Shown here one piece after another: positions 1 through 13,554 of a DNA stretch of 64,000 nt. The position numbers and the translations under genes were made by a program. Positions within the stretch are counted from its first letter, which is position 1; each line of letters begins with the position of its first letter. Source of the stretch: Octopus sinensis (taxonomy: Eukaryota). The notes under the pieces are model-generated. The model was not told the DNA's origin and made no database searches. It saw only the letters and a program-made list of their open reading frames with translations. Where the stretch lies: the NCBI RefSeq assembly GCF_006345805.1, contig NC_043006.1:44702001-44766000 (forward strand). The letters run 5' to 3'.

Positions 1-416
1 TTTCAGACCCTAGTCTAGATTGCGAATCCTCTGTACTCCATGATGGTTCAGCTCTCCACCCGTTCAAAAAGCCACCGTTTACGGAATGAGGAGAACAATA
101 TAGCTTTCGCGTCTGTGCAACTGCCAGTCTATTGCGTTTGGTGGATCTTCAAGTTGCCACATGCATTCTTAGTAGCTTAGAGTAGGCTCGAATTAGAGAT
201 TATTCTTTGTGGCTAATGGCGTGAGACCTGACTGGAACAAGAAGAAGCATTGTATTCAGAGCTGGAAGAAATGCCGCTAAATATTTTTCTGACATGCTAA
301 CATTTTGCCTAATGAATCAGTTAGCTTGCCAGCTTGATGCAGTCTTGGCTCTGCTACTTTTTCCTTGCCGCATATAACTCCCATCTGTTGTGATCTTTGG
401 TGGCAGCAGCAGTGTT

Positions 417-848
417 AAGACGGTGAGGTGGCAGAATCGCTAGTACACCTGGGCAAAATGATTAGCAGCGTTTGGTTCATCTTTACATTCTGAGTACAAA
501 TTCCACTGACATCGACTTCACCTTTCGTCCTTTCAGGGTCAATAAATTAAGTACCAGTTAAACACTGGGGTTGATGTAATCGACTAGACCCCTCCCCAAC
601 AATTTCAGACCTTGTGCCTCTAGTAGAAAGGATTATTATTATTATTAGTTGGCAACCTGACAGATTCTGCTGCTGACATAATACTTAGCGGCGTTTCATC
701 TGTCTTTACTTTCTGAAGTCAAGTTCCACCAAGGTTGACTTTACCTTTCAGCCTTTCAGGGTGGATGAAATAAGTACCAGTTAAATAATCGGCTAGTCCC
801 CCTCCCCCAAATTTCAGGACTTGTGCCTATGGTAGAAAGGATTATTTT
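417..848 (+). mobile_element. Two tandem copies of a tRNA-derived SINE (family B here: GGCAGAATCGTTAGCA...GAGTTCAAATT...GGGGTCGAT)
   Basis: A/B-box-like head and (ATT)n tail. Similar copies occur throughout the window. Confidence 0.75.
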
Positions 849-1117
849 TCAAGACATACCTAAATGATATGCCTGATGTCTTGCTGTATCCCCAAACCAC
901 ATTGAGTCAACGGGATAATTTTCAAGTGGTCAATCGACCTGCTAGAAAGAACAATGAAATTTTTCTGAAATCGTATCATGTAAATTTTATTAGATAATGT
1001 CATTCAAGATACACTGCCAGACAGAAAAAAGAAAAAGGATCTCGGTCACAATGCCTCTTATCATAAGTATCGATCAGGACAATCTGGGGCTAAACTACAA
1101 TTTCACCAATGGTTCAC

Positions 1118-1463
1118 CATCATCATCATTTAACATCCATTGTCCATGCTGGCATGGGTTGGATGGTTTGACCAGAGCTGGCAAGCTGGAAGGCTGCACC
1201 AGGTTCCTGTCTGATTTGGCTTGGTTTTCTATGGCTCAATACCCTTCCTAATGCTAATCACTCTGAGTGTGTAATGGGTGCTTTTACGTGCCACTGGCAT
1301 GGGTGCCATTTACGTGGCACCAGTATCTGCCACGACGGCGATTTTGTTTGGCTTGATGAGTCTTCTCAAGCATGACATAATGCCAAAGGCCTTGGTCATT
1401 GCCTCTGTGAGGCCCAACACTCAAAAGGAACTCGGCCACTTTGCCTCCGTGAGGCCCAATGTT
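1118..1463 (-). mobile_element. RTE LINE 3'-end fragment
   Basis: Matches the 3' UTR and (GAT)n tail of the RTE copies at 23432-24855 and 56350-58470. Confidence 0.7.
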
Positions 1464-2021
1464 GTGAGTGGCTGATCAGCTGAGTTTGTATTTCACCCTC
1501 AGAATTGCGCTATGTAACTGGCAAAAATACTTAACTCTCAAATGGCCTAGTGATGGACTGAAAAGGTATTTAAAAAATTGCTCATAGGTGCTGGCATGCT
1601 TCTGTGTTTAAGAAGTTCGTTTGCCAATCACATTCTTTCAGGTTCAGTCCTACTGCCTGGTACCTTTGGCAAATGTCTTCTATAATTCCAGACTGAATGA
1701 ATTTGATGGAATGAAACTACGTGGAAGTGGGGGCTGTAATCTAATGACTAAAACCAGTGAAAAAATAAAAGAAACAAGCACACTTATAATATATTTCTTT
1801 ATTACCCACAAGGGGCTAAACATAGAGGGATAATAGGTGTGCATTTGTGTTTGTCTTTGTACTGTTTTGCTTGACAACCAGTATTGGTTTCTTTATGTCA
1901 GTGTAATTTAGCAGTTCAGCTAAAGAGTATGACAGAATAAAATTCAGACTTTAAAAGTAAGCACTGAGGTTGATCTAATCTACTAAACTCTTTACAGCAG
2001 TACCCTGGCATTGTTGTAGAC

Positions 2022-2298
2022 TAGTGGTTTTCAAAGTGGGCAGTATTGCACCCCTGGGGGCAGTAGAAAGTTCCAAGGGGTCATTGAGAAAAAAGTAGAG
2101 CGATAGTGGGGGTAGTGATTCATGCAAAAGAAACAAAATAATGGGTTCATTAGAGTAAGTTTTATTTGTGAAATGCAGTTGCTTTGAATTTGCTTCAGAA
2201 AGAGGTCTATGTTTGTGATGGTTAGTTGGAGTGGGGGAACTAGGGATGTGACCTGAGTGTCAAGGGGGCAGCAACCTGAAAAAGTTTGGGAACCACTG
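2022..2298. mobile_element. hAT-like MITE
   Basis: Termini (C/T)AGTGGTT...AACCACTG. Flanks ttgtagac / ccatagac give only a partial 8-bp TSD match. Related to 32239-32519. Confidence 0.6.
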
Positions 2299-2410
2299 CC
2301 ATAGACCAATGACTGTAGTAAGTAGATAAAAGAAAGTCTGGTTAGGCAGTAGATTGTGCTGTAAACATCCAAAGGATTAGGTGTTGTTATGAAATGGAGC
2401 GGTGTATTAA

Positions 2411-2979
2411 TATTGGGTTGTTTGGAAAGTTCGTGCTGACTTATAGTAGCTTACCTTTCGACTTATTTTAGAACATGGTTGAGTCCATAAAATAAGATTT
2501 GACTACACCTCCATTAGAGCACAGTTTAAGCTATCTTTTCCTGGAAGAAGGTTTATGTTCCTATATCCTGTGTTAATTCTGTAACCCTTTAAAATGAAAG
2601 ATAAGAAAGTTCATTTTCGGCACTTGATGCTTTGGGAACCAGACAAAAATTGCTGCAGCTTGGCTGGGATGTGTTACCCCACCCTCTATATTCACCAGAT
2701 ATTACTCCTTTGGATTTTCACTCATTCAGGTCTCTGTAGAATAATCTTAATGGTAAAAATTTCAATTCCTTGGATGACTTAAAAAGATACCCTGATGAAT
2801 TCTTTGCCTTGAAACCACCTCAATTCTGGGAAGAGGGTATTTTCAAGTCAAAGAAAAGATGGAGACACATTGTGCAACAAAATGGTTTATATTTGGTTGA
2901 TTAAAAATGTAATGGCAAGTATTTATTGACCTTTTACTTTCCTTTAAAAATCGGCATGAACTTTCCGGACAGCCCAATA
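2411..2979 (+). mobile_element. Internally deleted mariner element with transposase C-terminal remnant
   Basis: TIRs TATTGGGTTGTTTGGAAAGTTCGTG / CATGAACTTTCCGGACAGCCCAATA with TA ends. Translated remnant GWDVLPHPLYSPDITPLDFH (mariner YSPDLAP-type motif) with an in-frame stop. Confidence 0.88.
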
Positions 2980-3450
2980 GAATGGAGTGGGTTTATGACA
3001 TCGGAGGCATGGTTTATTTAACCCATCTTAATCCCCCATGATATCTATACACTTCTGTGGACATAATTATCATCATCGTCCTTTAGCATCCGCTTTCTAT
3101 GCTGGCATGGTTCGGATGGTTTCATAGGAGTTGGTAGCCAGAAAACTGTGCCAAGCTTCTCTGTCTACTTTGGTATGGTTTCTACGGTTGGACGCCCTTC
3201 TTATTTCCCACCACTTTATGGAGTATACTGGGTGCTTTTTATGTGGCAGCAGCATTAGTGTGGTCACCAAATAACTTGCAAGACAAAACTCCTTGCACAA
3301 GCCAGTGAGTTATATTGGAATGTAGCAGATCATTAAAGTACTTGAACATGACAATTAAAGACAAACGTCCTTAGTATTCACTAAGTTAACTTACTACCAT
3401 ATTCTTGTTTATTTTTCCCTTTCAAGAGTTAAAAATAAAAATAAAAAAAG

Positions 3451-3702
3451 TAAATGTGCCCTTTTAAAGCCTAGCCAGGCTCATGGGCCCGGTTTCCCGC
3501 TTTCAATGGCTTATTTGTTCCCCAGCTGCACGGGACACCAGTCCATCGCAGTGTTACTCATTTTTGCCAGCTGAGTGGACTGGAGCAACGTGAAAATGAA
3601 GTGTTTTGCTCAAGAACACAACGCGTTGCCCAGTCCAGAAATCGAAACCACAATCTCACAATCATGATGCTGACACCCTAACCACTAAGCCACACACCTC
3701 CA
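3451..3702 (-). mobile_element. tRNA-derived SINE (family D here)
   Basis: Reverse complement of the copy at 33870-34123. GGCTTAGTGGTTAG A-box and GTTTCGATT B-box-like head. Confidence 0.75.
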
Positions 3703-4986
3703 CAAAAAGGAAAATAGCTAGTTTAAAATCTCAAGAGGAGATCAGAGTAGTAACTATACTAAAAAAATAAAGTCATTCACTACGTCAGAGTGGCTGTTCC
3801 ATGCTATTACTAGTTTAACCCTAGGTAGATCTTCTGCCAGTGGTTAAATTAGTAGTAACATAGAACAGCCATTTTGGCATGGTAAATAACTTTACTAGTT
3901 AAAAAGAAGAAATTTCAGAAAAAGTCATGTGGTTCTTGATTTTTCCTTAAAAAGATGTGTTTCAGTCCAAACTTCCAGCCACACCAGTGCAAAGTGCAGC
4001 CTATAGCATGGAACATAATTTAGTATTCCGTTGGTTATGATGATGATTGTTCCAGTTGATCAGATCAACAGAATGGAACAGTCTGCTTCTGAATTAAAGA
4101 GAAAATTATCTATCTATCTATCTATCTATCTACGTGCTGTCATCTCGGCTCCGAAATTAATCGTTTATTTTGACTATTTATAGCCCATATTTTGTGTACA
4201 TTTTTGTAAATAAGGTGTGTAAGGAACCCAACTTTCGTTTGAGTGCTTTTCCAAGGGAGGAATTCGCCCCTAGGGGCAGTTTCAACCCTATTTAATTTGT
4301 GTATTTTTCTTCTCGACATTAAAAAATGTCGAGAAATGTTATTGTAGAACGCTGGTCGTGTTCCTTTATGGACCAGCATTTTCCTAGTCTGGAAACGCTA
4401 GGAGAAAAAAAGAACTTATGCACGACAAAGACAAACCTGAATGACGTGGTAGTGAACGCTGCAACCACTTGCGGTAACAGCCCTGTCACTACCACCACCA
4501 CCACTAACAACAACAACAACGAGACTACTACTGTTACCACCACCACCTCCACCACCACCACCACCACGACCAACATAAATGATAAAAATGAAACTCGCGA
4601 ATACTATTAACAAAAACAACAACAACAACAAGAACAACAATAAAGATGAAATAAATATCTTACTATCTAATAGTGAAGATGTTAATATAAAAGAATCAAC
4701 AACAGTAAATTTCGCTGACACTGCGTCAGAAAAAAGAAATAGTAAAATTTACGAATGAAGAGTTAATAGAAACGAGAGCACTTTTTACAACACAAGGGCA
4801 GGATTTAGTGCTGCATACACCTCAACACATAAAGGAACAAATAGAAAATAAGACAATTATATATAAAATTATAAGAAAAAACAAAAAACAAAATGAACAG
4901 ATTACAAAAACGGACATAGAAAAGTGTTTAAAAAGCATAATGAAAAAAAAAAAGAATATATAAACTGAGGTCCCCAGTTTAATACA

Positions 4987-5853
4987 GTGGTGGCCCGCTT
5001 ACCTAACCAGGAAGTGGCAAAAGCTCACTCTACGGAGTCTTTGCAAAATGGTGAAATCATCATGGTACCATATTACAAAGGCCAGAGAGTGAGTAGAATT
5101 AGCCTTAAAAATGTACCCCCCGAGATACCTAACAAATGGATAACAGGGGCAATCTGTTACCATTTGAAAAAGATAAATATATTAGAAACCGCCGTGTACA
5201 AAAACGACAATTGGGGTGGTAAAACAATAGTAGTGACCATCCAGATTGAAGGGTCCTCTATCGAGAACCTACCTGATAGGATCCATTTAGAAAATGGGCA
5301 AAGCCTATATGTTGTAGCAGAAGGCAAAAAGCCTAGATACTACAACTGTGGCAGCCCAGAACATTTAATTGCCAAGTGCGCTCTGGCACAGAAAAAACAA
5401 GAAAGAACAAATCAGAAAACAAATAAAAAACCCTTGTTGCCAACACCAACACCAACACCAACACACTCAATTATGGAACAATGCCAAGAAAAACAACAAA
5501 CCAGCAAACAAACCCCAACAACATCACCAAGAAAAGAAACAGTACCAACACAATCACCGTTGACGTCGCAACCAATTCAACATACTGAATCAAAATATAG
5601 ACCAATACCAACACCGAAGACGACAATTAAAAAGACAGAAAACAGTGACGAGAAGACAAATTCTACCCCGAACACCACAACAACACAAACACCGCACAAA
5701 ACATCAACAATTTCTACAAGCATACTTATTAACGCAAATGCTTTGCCTTTACCCCCTTCTGATTCGTCGGACGACGAAAGTTCGACGGAATGGCAAATAG
5801 CCACAGGGGGTAAAAGGAAAAAGATAAAAAAAGCCCACCAAACAAGGAAGTAA
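4987..5853 (+). pseudogene. Tx1 ORF1 (RNA-binding region + gag-like knuckle + Thr/Pro-rich tail), 5' part frameshifted
   Basis: RISLKNVPPEI motif and knuckle Y-x2-C-x4-H-x4-C (first Cys lost). The upstream 4326-4986 segment has stops and frameshifts. Confidence 0.75.
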
Positions 5854-6280
5854 AGCAGGGAGATATTTAACTCCGGACAGCATCCCCCTAGACAATAAAA
5901 AAATCAATGAACCCGCAAAACCACACACAACTAACTGCAATAGGCACAGACAATAAAAAATTAATGGATTACATTGCATCCAACACGGACATCTGTGAAG
6001 ATGACTTTAAGACAAACAATCATCCGTTCACCACACCACCGAAACACATAAGAATTGTACACATAACACAAACACAACACCATACACTGAAAACAATATT
6101 TCCAAATGCGGTAGGCGGGTTTCAACGATACCTCTCCAAAAAACTATACAAACACCTCATCAAAGACACTACAAAAGAAGAAGAAAAAATGAAACTTTCG
6201 AAATGAGTAAGTGACCTTTCCTCTTGCCTCTTGTCTCTTCCAATGTAGTGTGTGAAACACAATTTTCGTAAACGTCAATT

Positions 6281-9200
6281 ATGCTTAAATTAGGTTGTGT
6301 GAATGCGCGTGGCTTGGCGTCGGCTTGGAAGCAAGGTTACCTTCTAAACGACATCAAGTCACTGAACGTGGATATAGTAGCTATCAGTGAAACCAGAATC
6401 AGCAAGCCGCGGGCCCTCGCGTCCATGTTTGGCGATCAATTCGACATTTATTTTTCTCCCTGTCTGCCGAACATGGGTGGTGGAGGTACCGCGGTGCTTT
6501 TTCGGAAGAGTCTAAATGTAAAAGTAAGAACAATATTCCTAGACCCGGAGGGTAGGCTGGTTGTCTTGGACGTGGATGGCAGAAATGGGTGTGCATTCCG
6601 TCTGATGGCAGTTTATGCACCGTCCTTAACGGGTCGGGCGGATTTCTTCAAACGTTTAGAGGTTTTCCTGGTTACGTCTAGACCTTTACTGTTAGTAGGG
6701 GATTGGAACGCTACCTTGGACACGCATCTAGATTATGTGGGAATGGATAGGAATATAAGGGGGTGTAAGTGCCTCAAAAACCTACTCAGGCGTTTCCATT
6801 TGTCTGACAGGTTCCGACTCGACCATCCGAACGTGCCAACGTGGACTTGGACAAACCGCGTCGGATCGTCGAGATCTTATCTAGATAGAATTCTATGCAG
6901 GACAGCGGATAGGGATAGTGTAGGATGTCCACAATTTAAAATAGTCAGCTACACATCACAAATTTGTGACGTGTACGCTCGACTTAGATAAGACACATAG
7001 ACAGGGTCCCGGTTACTGGAAACTGAACACGTCGCTCTTAGCGCGACAAGTTTACAGGAACCGGATTAGCGAGTTAATTAAGAGGGCGCTGACGGGAGCC
7101 GTCGTTAACAACCGCTGGTGGTACGCCCTGAAAATGGCAATAAAATCGGAATCAATTAGGTTTAGCAAGGAATTAGCGATAGATCGAAATAGAGTAGAGG
7201 GAGACCTGGTTAAGAAACTAGAAGAGGCACTTACCACTGGCAGCGCAACCAACGTGCTGGCTGCGAGGATGGCCCTCGACCAACACCTCAACGCCAAGCA
7301 CGAAGGTTGCGTCGTCAGAGCTAAAATGCGTGCCTTAAGGAACACAGGGATCGAAGCTGCGCGAGAGGCCCGGGTAGCGGAGGCGCAGCGTGGCAACAGA
7401 TCCACCATTCGGTCTCTAATAGATCAACAGGGATGCAGTTTACTCGAACCCGAAAGGATGTGTGAGGCCTTTCAACAGCACTTTGCTCGACTGTTTGGTG
7501 CGAGTGGTGGGTCGGAACGCGGGATGGATTTCAGTGACTACCTGACCGACCTGCCGCGGCTCTCGGCAAGAGAAGCGGAGTGTTGTGAAAGTCCCATCAC
7601 AGCCGCTGACGTGCGGGATGCGATGGCGGGCTGCGCGAGGGATAAGTCGCCTGGATTGGATGGTTTACCCTATGAGCTGTATTGTCAAATTCCAGACTTG
7701 TTTGGCGACCTCTTGGCATCAGTCTACTGCAACTGGCAACAAAACGGGAGAATCCCCGGTTTCGTGAGCCGAGGTGCAGTGACGTTGCTGAACAAAGACC
7801 CAAACAAGGGGAATTTTATAGATAATTTTAGGCCCATCACTCTGCTCAACACAGATTTGAAAATTTTGGCCAAAGTAATAGCCGAGAGATTGGCGCTTGT
7901 CATTGGTAAACTGGTCGACAGGGCGCAAACATGCGCCGTGCCGGGCAGAACCATACATGACAACCTCCATCTGCGCTACATTGTGGACAGGGTAGTTAAG
8001 GATCCTGGCATGGGTGGGGCGCTGATCAATTTGGATCAGTCTAAAGCCTTCGATAGGGTCGACCAACGGTACTTGGTGGCCGTCCTCAGGGCAGCTGGCT
8101 TCGGTCCCGTCTTCCGCGGTTGGATCGCTGCCTTGTATAGCGGCATCCGATTGGTAATTCGGGTGAACGGTCACCTGTCGAAACCGTTTGACATCACGCG
8201 TTCGGTCCGTCAGGGGTGTCCCCTGTCGGCGCTTCTGTATGTATTGACTCTCGAGCCGCTACTGCGGAAGCTGGCGACATTGAGGGGCATCCTACGGGAA
8301 CTGGGTTGCGGGACGAGCGTGTCGGCATATGCGGACGATGTCACCGTCATAGTGTCGAGCGACAAACACATCCAGATGATAGGCGAGACACTAAGAAAAT
8401 ACGAAACGGTGACGGGAGCGAAGATTAACCCGGAAAAGTCAGTGGGTTTGCTACTCGGCACCTGGAGAAGCAAGCCCATGCCGTCCGACTGTGGCTCAGT
8501 AGTGGGACGCTGGACGGATGGACCGGTTAAATTGCTCGGGGTCTTGTTCAGTCCGGACCTCCAAATGGATAAGAACTGGGACGAGATCACGAGTAGAGTG
8601 GTCGCTCTCAACCAAACATGGGCCGAGAGAAACCTGTCTCTAAAAGGCCGGGCGGAGGTGGCGAACGCGTACATCGCATCCGTCATCGATTACCGCCTGA
8701 CCGTCGTACTTTGTCCCGACGCCACCATCACCAAACTGGAACGCATACTCTTCCGCTTCCTGTGGAAGGGTGGCGTTCCGATGGTGAGGAAGTCCATTTG
8801 CTGTCAACATCCGTTGAATGGAGGACTGGGCATGCCGTGGTTGATGATGCGCAGGCATGCGCTGAGACTGCGACATCTCTGGAACTTCATCGACGACGGT
8901 GAACAGGTGTGGGCGCCGTCTGTGAGGCGTGCCTTCCCGCAGCTCGTCTCACTGACCAAAATGCAAACGTGGATCAAGAAGACACCGAAACTGGGCGATT
9001 GGCAGCGAGAGTGTCGCCAAGCTCTACAGCAGCTCTGCCGACCGGGGTCAAACTTGTGCAACTTACAAACGACTAAAGCGTTCTATAGAGGACTAGTGGA
9101 GGGGAGGTCCGACGACACACTCGGGGAAAACCTGGGCGTCGACGAAAAATTCCTAACCCGCCTGTTCAGGACGACGTTCGGGCCGGGGCCTATGGATAAC

Positions 9201-9716
9201 TTCCAGAAATCCCTGGTTTGGCAGTGCTATCGAGACGTACTACCTGTTCGAGAGAAGAGCTACAGGCATGGTTCGAAAACCATCACCGGACCGACCTGCC
9301 CGAGATGCGGTCAGAGCGATGAAACCGTTCTGCACGCACTCGTGCAGTGTCCAGATATTTCAGAGCTGTGGACCTTCGTCGAACAGCTGTTTTCACGTGT
9401 AGGTAGGGCCCGCCTATCGGCCGAGTCTATCGTGAATATTGTTCCACCACCTTCCTTTAAACGGGAAGGGAAAACGGTTTTCGTTACGCTGATGGCTATG
9501 GCAAAAGAATGTGTTTGGTGGACGCGTTTGAAAGGACTGCAAACAAACACCTTCCTCTCTGGTCAGTCTCTCGTCAACTTTTTCAAGTACCACTTGAAAA
9601 GGAGGATGAGAATAGAGAGGAAGGCTTTGTCGAACAAATGTTTTAATAAAAAGTGGGTAAAAGTGGCAAAAATGGTCAGTATGAAAGACGACACTATTTT
9701 AAGCATAAATCTGTAA
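6281..9716 (+). pseudogene. Tx1 ORF2 (endonuclease + reverse transcriptase + zinc finger) split by one frameshift near 6955
   Basis: ORF 6281-6991 (VNARGL, ISET, GDWN, YLDRI) and ORF 6966-9716 (WKLN, KSPGLDG, FRPITLLN, KAFDRV, YADD). Relative to the sister copy at 11078 (TACACGGATCAC = YTDH) this copy reads TACACATCAC, a 2-nt deletion. Confidence 0.9.
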
Positions 9717-10000
9717 CCAAAAGAGACAACGAGAAGTAAGGCGACTTACTCATGTGTTCATTTTCGAACTGTCTGAGGTGACCTTGGTCTTTTTTGTAGG
9801 TTTTTCTTTCCAAGGCTACACCTAAACTGTGAACTTTATATATATATATTGCTTTTTTATACACCACACAACCCACAGGTCCCTATTGATCAAACGTTTT
9901 TTTTTGTGCCCCACCCATCCCACCTCGAAAAGAAAAAATTCTACATTGTATTTCGTCCATTTTTATTCTGAGTTTAGCCCTGTGTGGCTACAATAAAAAG

Positions 10001-10128
<128 letters not shown>

Positions 10129-11077
10129 AACGGATCACAAACTTGTGACATGTACGCTAGACTTAGGTAAGACACTTAGGCAGGGTCCCGGATACTGGAA
10201 ACTAAACGCGTCTTTCCCGTCCAGACAGGTTTTCAGAGACCGGATTAGCACACTAGTAAAGATGGCTTTGACGGGAGCCATCATCAACAACAAATGGTGG
10301 TTTGCCCTCAAGAGAGCAGTAAAAGCAGAAGCGATTAGGTACAGCAAAGCACTAGCCATAGATAGAAATAGAGAAGAGGGTGAGTTAGTTAAGAAGCTAG
10401 AAGAGGCAATTAGAAGCGGCACCGCATCCGACGTTTTGGCGGCGAGGTTGGCCCTCGACCAACACTTCAACGCCAAACACGAAGGGTGTGCTGTCAGAGC
10501 TAGGATGCGTGCTCTAAGGAACGAAGGTGTTGGAGCCGCGAGAGAGGCCCGGGTGGCAGAGGCGCAACAGGGCAACAAAGCCACCATTCGGTCTCTGGTA
10601 GATGAATAGGGGCGCGAATTGCTCGAGCCAAGTAAAATGTGTGAGGCCTTTCAACAGCATTTTGCCCGACTGTTCGGGACGTGTGGCGGGCAAGAACGTA
10701 GGGTGGACTTCAGTGCCTACCTACACAGCCTACCACGACTCTCGACAAGAGAGGCAGGGTGCGGCGAAGGTGCCATCACGGCGGCGGAAGTGCAGGACGC
10801 GATGGCAGAATGCGCGAGAGACAAATCAATTGTATGCCAGACTTGTTTGGAGATGTCTTGGCAGCGTTGTACTGCAACTGGCAGCAAAACGGGAGCATTC
10901 CTGGTTTTGTGAGCCGAGGAGCCGAGGAGCCGTAACACTGCTGAAGAAAAATCTAAACAAGGGAAATGTAATAGATAACTTTAGGCCCATCACTCTGCTT
11001 AATGCAGACTTGAAAATTTTGGCCAAGGTGCTAGCCAAGAGGTTGGCGCTTGTCATCGAGAAACTGGTCGACAAGGC
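10129..11077 (+). mobile_element. Truncated Tx1 ORF2 fragment (copy 2)
   Basis: Starts at the TDH motif and ends at LVDK. Has stops, a deletion of the SPGLDGLPYE motif and a short GAGCCGAG duplication. Confidence 0.88.
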
Positions 11078-13475
11078 TACACGGATCACAAATTCGTGAC
11101 GTGTACGCTAGACTTAGATAAGGCACAGGGTCCTGGTTACTGGAAACTGAACGCATCTTTCCCGTCCAGACAGGTTTTCAGAGACAGAATCAACACGTTA
11201 GTAAGAAGGGCTTTAACGGGAGCCATTGTCAACAACAAATGGTGGTTCGCCCTCAAGAGAGCAGTAAAAGTGGAAGCAATTAGATATAGCAAGGCACTAG
11301 CCGTAGATAGAAATAGAGTAGAGGGTGAGTTAATTAAGAAGTTAGAAGAGGCAATAAGAAGCGGCATCACATCCGACGTTTTAGCGGCGAGGTTGGCACT
11401 TGACCAACACTTCAACGCCAAACACGAAGGGTGTGCTGTCAGGGTTAGGATGCGTGCTCTAAGGATGGAAGGTGTTGGAGCCGCGAGGGAGGCCCGGGTG
11501 GCGGAGGCGCAGCAGGGCAACAAAGCCACCATTCGGTCTCTGGTAGATGAACAGGGGCGCGAATTGCTTGAGCCCAGCAAGATGTGCGAGACATTTCAGC
11601 GGCACTTTGCCCGACTGTACGGGACGAGTGGCGAGCGTGGACGCATGGTGGACTTCAGTGCCTACCTGCACAGCCTACCACGACTCTCGGCAAGAGAGGC
11701 AGAGTCCTGCGAAGGTGCCATCACGGCGGCGGATGCACGGGACGCGATGGCAGAATGCTCGAGAGACAAATCGCCGGGTTTGGATGGTCTGCCCTACGAG
11801 TTTTACAATTGTGTGCCAGACTTGTTTGGAGATGTCTTGGCAGCGGTATACTGCAACTGGCAGCAAAACGGGAGCATACCCGGTTTTGTGAGTCGAGGGG
11901 AGCCGTAACGCTGCTGAAGAAAGATCCAAACAAGGGGAACATTATAGATAACTTTAGACCAATCACTCTGCTCAATGCAGACTTGAAAATTTTGACAAAG
12001 GTGTTAGCCAAGAGGTTGGCACTTGTCATCGAGAAACTGGTCGACAAGGCGCAAACGTGCGCTGTGCCGGGCTGGAGCATCCATGACAACCTCCATCTGA
12101 TGCGCTACATCATAGACAGAGTAGTTAAGGAACCTGGCATAGGTGGGGCCCTGATCAACTTGGATCAATCAAAAGCTTTCGATAGGGTAGACCATCGATA
12201 CTTGGAGGGAGTCCTCAGAGCGGCTGGTTTCGGTTCCGTCTTCCGCGGCTGGATAGCTGCCTTGTACAGAGGCATCCGTTCGGTAATTCGCGTGAATGGA
12301 CATCTATCGAGACCTTTCGACATTACACGTTAGGTCCGTCAGGGACGCCCCCTCTCGGCGCTTCTATACGTATTGACTCTTGAGCCACTACTGCGGAAGC
12401 TTGCGACTCTGAGGGGTATCCCGCGAGAATTGGGATGCGGGACGAGCGTGTCTGCATACGCGGACGACGTCACCGTCATAGTGTCTAGCCAGGAGTAAAT
12501 CGAGCTGGTCGGCGAGACACTGAAAAACTACGAAGCGGTGACAGGAGCGAAAATCAACCGGGAAAAGTCAGTGGGCTTGCGACTAGGCACCTGGAGAAGC
12601 AAGCCCATGCCGTCCACCAGCGCCTCCGTCGTGGGACGCTGGACAGACGGCCCGGTTGAGTTGCTCGGGGTCTGGTTCGGTCCGGACCTCCAAATGGAGA
12701 AGAACTGGAACGAGATAACGAGTAGGGTGGTCACTCTCGCCCGGCAAACACGTACATCGCGTCCATCATCTACTACCGCCTGACCGTCGTACCTTGTCCC
12801 GACCCTACCATCACCAAACTAGAACGCATTCTCTTCCGCTTCCTGTGGAAAGGATGCGTCCTGATGGTCAGGCGATCCATTTGCTGTCAACACCCGTTAA
12901 AAGGAGGGCTGGGCATGCCATGGTTGATGATGCGCAGACACGCGCTGAAACTGCGACATCTCCGGCTCTATGTGGACGACGGTGAGGCACGCGTTTGTGA
13001 GGCACGCATTCCCGCAGCTCGTCTCCATGACCGAACTGCAGTCGTGGATCAAAAAGAGGCCGAGGAAGGGCGAATGGCACCGCGAGTGTCGCGTTGCTCT
13101 CAAGCAACTCTGCCGTCCCGGGTCGACCTTGAGTTACTTCAACACAACCAAAGCATTCTATAGGGGATTAGTGGAGGGGAGGTACGACGACGATCTTGGG
13201 CCAAACCTATGGACAACTTCCAGAGATCCCTGGCCTGGCGGTGCTACCGAGAACCGCTACCCGTTCGGGATAAGCTCTATAGGCATGGCTCGAGAAACAC
13301 GGGGCCGACCTGCCCGAGATGCGGTCAGAGCGACGAAACCGCTCTGCACCAATCGTGCAGTGTCCAACAATCTCCGACCAGTGGGCTTATGTCGAACGAC
13401 TGCTGTCACGTGTGGGACGTGTCGGTTTATCAGCCGAGTCTATCGTTAATATCGTCACGCCTCCTTCCTTCAAAC
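11076..13475 (+). mobile_element. Truncated Tx1 ORF2 fragment (copy 3), lacks 3' end
   Basis: Restarts at YTDH. RT motifs present with stops, frameshifts and internal deletions. Ends at PPSFK without the 3' UTR. Confidence 0.88.
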
Positions 13476-13554
13476 TTATATGAAGTCTCTCTATATATTT
13501 TGGTTCTTGATTGTCGAGAAAGGGGAATTATTCATCATTGAGGATCTTTTACCT

